A stretch of 64,000 nucleotides of DNA from an uncultured Planctomycetales bacterium. GTDB taxonomy: Bacteria > Omnitrophota > Gorgyraeia > Zapsychrales > JBDRMG01. The translations under genes and the position numbers were made by a program. Below, one piece after another: positions 58,748 to 64,000 of the stretch (positions are counted from its first letter, which is position 1; each line of letters starts with the position of its first letter). The stretch covers positions 113,068 to 177,067 of the forward strand of contig CAYZIY010000002.1 of the NCBI GenBank assembly GCA_964478715.1, in the 5' to 3' direction. Below the pieces are notes generated by a model. It had not been told where the DNA came from. It searched no databases and was given only the letters and a program-made list of their open reading frames with translations.

Positions 58748-59563
58748 ATGAAGCAATATTTGGAACTGGTGCGCCATGTACTTGAAAATGGCCAACCAAA
58801 AGACGACCGTACCCAAACAGGGACATTGTCAGTTTTTGGTTATCAGAGCAAGTATGATTTAAGTGATGGCTTCCCCATCTTAACGACAAAAAAAATACTT
58901 TTTAGCGCTGTGATCAGGGAATTGCTTTGGTTTCTAAAAGGATCAACGAATATCAATGACGGTCTTAAAGAATATACCCCGATCTGGAATGCATGGGCCG
59001 ACCAAAAGGGAGAGCTGGGTCCGATTTATGGCTACCAATGGCGCAAGTGGGAGCAATTTATCTGGGATGACAAAGAGAAGAAATATCAAAGGAAGTATAT
59101 TGATCAGATCAAGAAAGCCATTGATCTGATCAAAACCAAGCCTTACTCAAGAAGGATTATCGTTAGCGCTTGGAATGTTGCCGATTTAGAGAGGATGGCT
59201 CTACCGCCCTGCCATGCCTTCTTTCAATTTTATGTATTCGATGGACGGTTAGACTGCCAGTTATATCAACGTTCCGCTGATATTGCTCTGGGAGTTCCGT
59301 TTAATATTTCGAGTTACTCTCTGCTTTTAACGATGATGTCTCAGGAATGCAATCTGGAGCCAGGTATATTTGTTCATACTTTAGGAGATGCCCATATCTA
59401 TCAAAATCACCTTGAGGGTATAAAGGAACAGCTAAGGCGGACGCCCAAACCTCTTCCTAAAATCAAGATCGCGTCCAAACCTCTTTTTGATCTAACATTT
59501 GAGGATATTACCCTTGAGGATTATCAGCACGATTCGTTTATCAAATTCCCCATTGCCGTTTGA
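58748..59563 (+). CDS. thyA: Thymidylate synthase
   Basis: [44 protein letters not shown]. Confidence 0.98.
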   Translation: MKQYLELVRHVLENGQPKDDRTQTGTLSVFGYQSKYDLSDGFPILTTKKILFSAVIRELLWFLKGSTNINDGLKEYTPIWNAWADQKGELGPIYGYQWRKWEQFIWDDKEKKYQRKYIDQIKKAIDLIKTKPYSRRIIVSAWNVADLERMALPPCHAFFQFYVFDGRLDCQLYQRSADIALGVPFNISSYSLLLTMMSQECNLEPGIFVHTLGDAHIYQNHLEGIKEQLRRTPKPLPKIKIASKPLFDLTFEDITLEDYQHDSFIKFPIAV

Positions 59564-59566
59564 GTC

Positions 59567-60106
59567 ATGAAACAATTCACAATAGTTGTTGCTGTTGATA
59601 AAAAGGGAGGAATCGCTAAAAAGGGGGCTATTCCCTGGAAGCTGTCCGCAGATTTGAAGCATTTCAAAAGCCTCACAACCGAATCACCGGATGGAGAGAT
59701 TAATGTGGTAATTATGGGTCGAAAAACATGGGAGTCTCTACCTGATGACTATCGTCCACTGCCGGGACGGATTAATGTTGTTTTAACGAGACACCAGCAA
59801 TACGAGATGCCTTCAGGAGTTATTAGAAGCAAGGATTTGTCCCAGGCTTTAGAATTGGCGCAGAGAACCGACAGCAACCGAATTCACAAGGTTTTTGTAA
59901 TCGGAGGATCTCAGATCTATAACGACGCTGTTTCAAATCCTCTTTGCGCACAAATAGTCATGACGATTATCGACAAAGATTATAACTGTGATCTTTTCTT
60001 TCCTGAAATTCCTTTCTGGTTCCAAAAAGTATCCCAATCGGATATTCTGAGCGAAAATGATATAAATTATTATATAACAACATATTGCAGAGAATCAGTC
60101 AATTAG
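59567..60106 (+). CDS. folA: Dihydrofolate reductase
   Basis: IPWKLSADLKHFK, IMGRKTWES, RPLPGRINVVL, IGGSQIY. Confidence 0.96.
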   Translation: MKQFTIVVAVDKKGGIAKKGAIPWKLSADLKHFKSLTTESPDGEINVVIMGRKTWESLPDDYRPLPGRINVVLTRHQQYEMPSGVIRSKDLSQALELAQRTDSNRIHKVFVIGGSQIYNDAVSNPLCAQIVMTIIDKDYNCDLFFPEIPFWFQKVSQSDILSENDINYYITTYCRESVN

Positions 60107-60326
60107 CTTAATTCAGGAAAGCGTTTTCTTGAATTTTTGCCAATTAGAAAAATGTCGAAAATATTTAACATAGTCTGTAACTATCAGAAAAATAATAAGT
60201 TAAAATCTAAAAAATTTCGAAAATAATGGAAAAATATAATTATTTGCGTTATACTTATAAAGTAGAAAGAAATATCTATCCCACCTTTTAGCCACGGAGA
60301 AGGTCAAATGAATTAGGATCTGATCA

Positions 60327-61505
60327 ATGGTTAGCAAAAAGCGAGTTCTTGTAGTTGATGATGAATCAATAGTAAGACAAACAATGGCAATGATGCTCGA
60401 AACTCGCGGTTTCGATGTACATCTGGCTGAATCCGGGCAAGACGCCGTTCAAAAAGCTAGCGAAAAACCTGATCTTATTCTTCTAGATTTAATCCTTCCA
60501 GACTGCGAAGGTTTTGAAGTTTGTCGCCGTTTAAGAGAAGATCGTGCCACGCGGCATATTCCCATCATTATTGTTTCCGTCAAATATCTTTTTGAAGATA
60601 AAATCGAAGGGCTTTATTTAGGTGCGGATGATTATCTGACTAAGCCTTTTGAATATGAAGAGCTGTTTGCCCGCATTGATGCGGTGTTAAGGCGCAGTCT
60701 CTTTTTTGATGAGTCGTATGGGCAACGTGAAGCCATTGTTTTAGAGTTAAAGAAAATCATCCGAGAGAAACTCATCGTGCCGTTTTATCAACCTTTGTTT
60801 TATCTTAAGCCGATGAAGATTTTTGGATACGAAGCTTTGAGTCGGCCACCGACTACCAGCATTCTTTCCAATCCGGATCTATTATTTAAAGCCGCTTTGC
60901 GTTTTGGTCTTTATAGCGATCTGGAACTGCTTTCTTGGCACAAGGCCATTACTGCCATGCCGGAGCTGAGAAACGGAGAGAAACTGTTTCTCAATTGTAA
61001 TCCCTATTTGGTGGAGAGCCCGAAATTCTTTAAGGTCAAATCGATTTTCGAAGAAAGCAAGATTTCGGCCCATGACGTTATTCTTGAAATTACTGAGCGT
61101 TCAGCGATTTCCGATTTTAAGGTTTTTTACGAACGGCTTAAGTCTTATCGTAATTACGGTTTTCAAATAGCTATCGATGATGTGGGCGGAGGTTATGCCA
61201 GTCTGGAATCTATTGTTGAGACAAAACCGAAGATCGTTAAAATTGACAATCATTTGACCGGTAACTTGGCCGATGAACCACTGAAGCGAAGTCTGGTTAA
61301 GTTTATTGTCAAATTCTGCAAAGAAAACGATATTATCTCCGTTGCTGAAGGTATCGAAAAAAAGCAGGATTTGGATATTCTGATGAAGTTGGGTGTTGAT
61401 GCCGGTCAGGGATATCTCTTATGTCGACCTACCATGCAAATCGATTTAGATGAAATCTACAAAGATATTCACGTCAGATTAAACGTGGATACTCCTCATG
61501 GTTAA
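60327..61505 (+). CDS. REC-EAL response regulator (c-di-GMP phosphodiesterase)
   Basis: VLVVDDE, LLDLILP, GADDYLTKP; YQP, YEALSR, EITE, IDDVGGGYAS, KID, AEGIE, QGY. Confidence 0.9.
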   Translation: MVSKKRVLVVDDESIVRQTMAMMLETRGFDVHLAESGQDAVQKASEKPDLILLDLILPDCEGFEVCRRLREDRATRHIPIIIVSVKYLFEDKIEGLYLGADDYLTKPFEYEELFARIDAVLRRSLFFDESYGQREAIVLELKKIIREKLIVPFYQPLFYLKPMKIFGYEALSRPPTTSILSNPDLLFKAALRFGLYSDLELLSWHKAITAMPELRNGEKLFLNCNPYLVESPKFFKVKSIFEESKISAHDVILEITERSAISDFKVFYERLKSYRNYGFQIAIDDVGGGYASLESIVETKPKIVKIDNHLTGNLADEPLKRSLVKFIVKFCKENDIISVAEGIEKKQDLDILMKLGVDAGQGYLLCRPTMQIDLDEIYKDIHVRLNVDTPHG

Positions 61506-61580
61506 ATCCTTATAAATCAACTTTCACTTTGATTTTTCAGAAACAATCCCTATAATAAAAGATATCTTTATCATTATCTT

Positions 61581-62573
61581 ATGATTTCTCTCATTATTCT
61601 CATTCTTAGTGTTATTGTTGCTTCGGGGGTTTGTTCTATGGTTGAGGCCGCTATTTTGAGCCTGCCTGCTGTACGAGCCAGAATTATTCACGAAGAAGGG
61701 AGAAGAAACGCTAAGCCGCTGTTATCGGTTAAGGAAAATATTCATATTACAGTAGCCTCGATCGTGATATTGAATAATTCCATCAATATTGTGGGTTCGA
61801 TTTTTGTCGGACAGCGGGTCACAATGCTCTTTGGCAGTCAATGGCTGGGGCTGGCGTCGGCCGTTTTTACTTTCATGATTATTGTCATATCGGAAATTAT
61901 CCCGAAGACTATCGGAGAGCGATATAAAATAAATATTTCCTTGGCTGCAGCACCTTCTCTTAGAGCGATCGTCTGGGTTATGAGTCCGATCGTTCTTGCT
62001 TTCTTAAAGCTGACCAGACCCTTTGTAAAATCGAGCCGTCTTCCTAAGGTTACTGAAGAAGAAATCAAAATGATGCTTAAGCTGGGGAGGGATGCCGGAA
62101 CGGTCGAGATGGACGAAGAAGTTTTGTGTAACCGGGTTTTTCGTCTAAATGATTTGAGGGCTTGGCAGATGATGAAGCCGATCAACAGAATTTTTGCTTT
62201 ACCCGCTCATGAGACTCTTGAAGAGGCGCGAGACGAGATTATCAATTCACGCTACAGTCGTATTGCCGTCTACGATCGTGATCCGCGGGATTTTGTTGGG
62301 ATGGTTCAGCAGAGAGTTTTGTTGAGAGAGATCGCCAAAGATAATTACAATGCCTATATTCAGGATTTTATGATAAAGCCTGTTTATGTCCATCATATGA
62401 CAAAAGCCGATGCGCTTTTAGAGAAATTTCAGGCTTATCATCAACACCTTTTTATCGTTCAAGATGATAAAGAAAAGGATATCGGTTTAATCACGATGGA
62501 AGATGTCCTTGAGGAATTGTTCGGCGAAATTTATGATGAAAAAGATATGGGCGTGAGAAACAAAAACCAATAG
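61581..62573 (+). CDS. CNNM (DUF21)-CBS domain membrane protein
   Basis: CSMVEAAILS, SEIIPKTIG, YSRIAVY, GLITMEDVLEELFGEIYDE. Confidence 0.9.
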   Translation: MISLIILILSVIVASGVCSMVEAAILSLPAVRARIIHEEGRRNAKPLLSVKENIHITVASIVILNNSINIVGSIFVGQRVTMLFGSQWLGLASAVFTFMIIVISEIIPKTIGERYKINISLAAAPSLRAIVWVMSPIVLAFLKLTRPFVKSSRLPKVTEEEIKMMLKLGRDAGTVEMDEEVLCNRVFRLNDLRAWQMMKPINRIFALPAHETLEEARDEIINSRYSRIAVYDRDPRDFVGMVQQRVLLREIAKDNYNAYIQDFMIKPVYVHHMTKADALLEKFQAYHQHLFIVQDDKEKDIGLITMEDVLEELFGEIYDEKDMGVRNKNQ

Positions 62574-62576
62574 ACG

Positions 62577-63482
62577 ATGAATTTTCTGAATTCTTTTTTA
62601 GACGCATTTATTGCCTATGTCGATAAGCTGTGGCTTGCTGTGGTTTTGGGGTTTGTGATCAGCGGTTATGTAAACAGCTTTATCTCTACAGATTTGGTCC
62701 GGAAATATTTAGGAAAAAAGGGATTGCGGCCCCTGTTGCTTTCCTCTTTGATCGGAGTCCTTCTTCCGGTGTGCTGTTTTGGATCATTACCGATCGCTAT
62801 CACCATGAAGAAAAAGGGCGCGCGCTTAGGCCCTACGCTGGCTTTTCTGGTGACGGCACCGGCTACGTCGATTTCCGCTCTGATCGTCTGCTGGCGGCTT
62901 CTGGGTATAGATTTTACGGTCTATATCTTTTTTGCCGCCGTTTTGATGGGACTGATTCTTGGATTTGTCGCTGACTATTCAAGATTAAAGCTTCTGTTTG
63001 ACGAGCAGTCGCAACAGGAAAATATTTGTGAAAATCGACAGAGCAAAAAGACATCGCTGAGTTTTCTTAAACGATCCCGACAAGCTTTCACCTATGCTTT
63101 AATCACTCTTCCCCGAGAGATCGGTATCGAATTAATCCTGGGGATTGTTTTGGCCAGTCTTATTCTTGTTTTTGACCCCATTAAGGACTTTATTTTTCAA
63201 TATTTGTCCGGCGTGGCGGGATATGCGGCTAGTCTTCTTTTTGGCCTGGCCACCTATGTTTGCTCAACGGCCAGCGTTCCGTTGGCCCATGCCCTTGATG
63301 AAGCGGGTTTGGGCCAGGGGCCTGTCATGGTTTATCTTTTGGCCGGACCGATTACAAGCTATGGGATGATTTTTGTGATCAGAAAGAAGTTTGGCCTAAA
63401 AGTTTTATTCACATATTTGTTGACGATCTGTCTCAGTGCTTTGATGCTCGGTTTTATTTTTGAAGCCTGGAAATCTCTCTAA
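62577..63482 (+). CDS. DUF318/ArsP-like predicted permease
   Basis: LPVCCFGSLP, AFLVTAP, YVCSTASVP, LLAGP; multi-TM. Confidence 0.85.
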   Translation: MNFLNSFLDAFIAYVDKLWLAVVLGFVISGYVNSFISTDLVRKYLGKKGLRPLLLSSLIGVLLPVCCFGSLPIAITMKKKGARLGPTLAFLVTAPATSISALIVCWRLLGIDFTVYIFFAAVLMGLILGFVADYSRLKLLFDEQSQQENICENRQSKKTSLSFLKRSRQAFTYALITLPREIGIELILGIVLASLILVFDPIKDFIFQYLSGVAGYAASLLFGLATYVCSTASVPLAHALDEAGLGQGPVMVYLLAGPITSYGMIFVIRKKFGLKVLFTYLLTICLSALMLGFIFEAWKSL

Positions 63483-63507
63483 ACGGTGAGATCTTGTGTA
63501 TTATATA

Positions 63508-64000
63508 ATGTCATTTACTAAATATACCTTTTTCGTCTCGCTAGTGTTTGCCGGAATCATTTCAAGCGCTGGTTGCTCAGGGGCCTTGCTTAGGCAAACA
63601 CAAAATAACGAGGATAACTATTTTTATCAGCCTACCAAAATCCTGGACAAAGATAAACTCCGCGCAGGGGGAGACATTTTTGTCTATCCGTTTCTTCCGG
63701 GAGAGGATATTCCGGCTAATAAGGAAGTTAAACGCTTGGGCTTGAGAATTATTCAGGGTGTTAGCGAAGCCGTTATTGATCAGCCGGGATTTGCCGTTGT
63801 GGGTGTCTCAGAAACTGAGCAGGCAGATTTTTTTATCAAGGGATACATTACGGAGATCAATGACAATCAGGGTATCACGAAATGGATACCGGGGCAAAGT
63901 TACCGTTCGCTTGAAATTAGAAGCCGTATGATCAACCGTGAGAGCGGTAAGACCGTTCTTAGGTTTATTGATAGAATTGATTCCCATGATCAGGCGGTCG
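63508..64000 (+). CDS. Putative lipoprotein (3'-partial)
   Basis: Not in the ORF track because it has no stop in the window: MSFTKYTFFVSLVFAGIISSAGC... lipobox, open to the window end; ADFFIKGYIT resembles CsgG/LpoB-like folds. Confidence 0.7.
   Translation, partial: MSFTKYTFFVSLVFAGIISSAGCSGALLRQTQNNEDNYFYQPTKILDKDKLRAGGDIFVYPFLPGEDIPANKEVKRLGLRIIQGVSEAVIDQPGFAVVGVSETEQADFFIKGYITEINDNQGITKWIPGQSYRSLEIRSRMINRESGKTVLRFIDRIDSHDQAV

Noticed and set aside
63548-63745. 65-aa ORF from the track
   Set aside because: Out-of-frame overlap of the longer lipoprotein ORF starting at 63508

Overview
Bacterial chromosomal window, probably a diderm PVC-related lineage such as Omnitrophota (inferred from gene content only). 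Bases 1-12.4 kb are the end of an AT-richer surface-polysaccharide cluster (GT2/GT4 glycosyltransferases, DUF354, WecB, methyltransferases, Wzx flippase), interrupted by a decayed IS3 element that contains a second, intact-looking IS3 element. The rest is mostly + strand housekeeping genes: CIRCE-groESL, guaB3-guaA, dnaE, IHF/HU, hisS-aspS, phoH-7TM-HD-ybeY-recO, dtd, tatD, nfnAB-like, panB, glyQS, ppdK, sigma70, apt, tRNA-Arg(CCT), prmA, moeA-moaC, apbE, thyA-folA and c-di-GMP enzymes. The most unusual elements are: a ParA ATPase fused to a glycogen-binding CBM48-like domain, next to a membrane-anchored carbohydrate-binding protein; a short sigma70 followed by a LacI-type effector domain with no HTH; a complete archaeal-type Hel308/Hjm helicase; a degenerate NfnAB-like pair; a GAD-less AspRS; and Lys-rich extensions on several proteins. 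All family assignments come from motif recognition by eye; no database searches were run.
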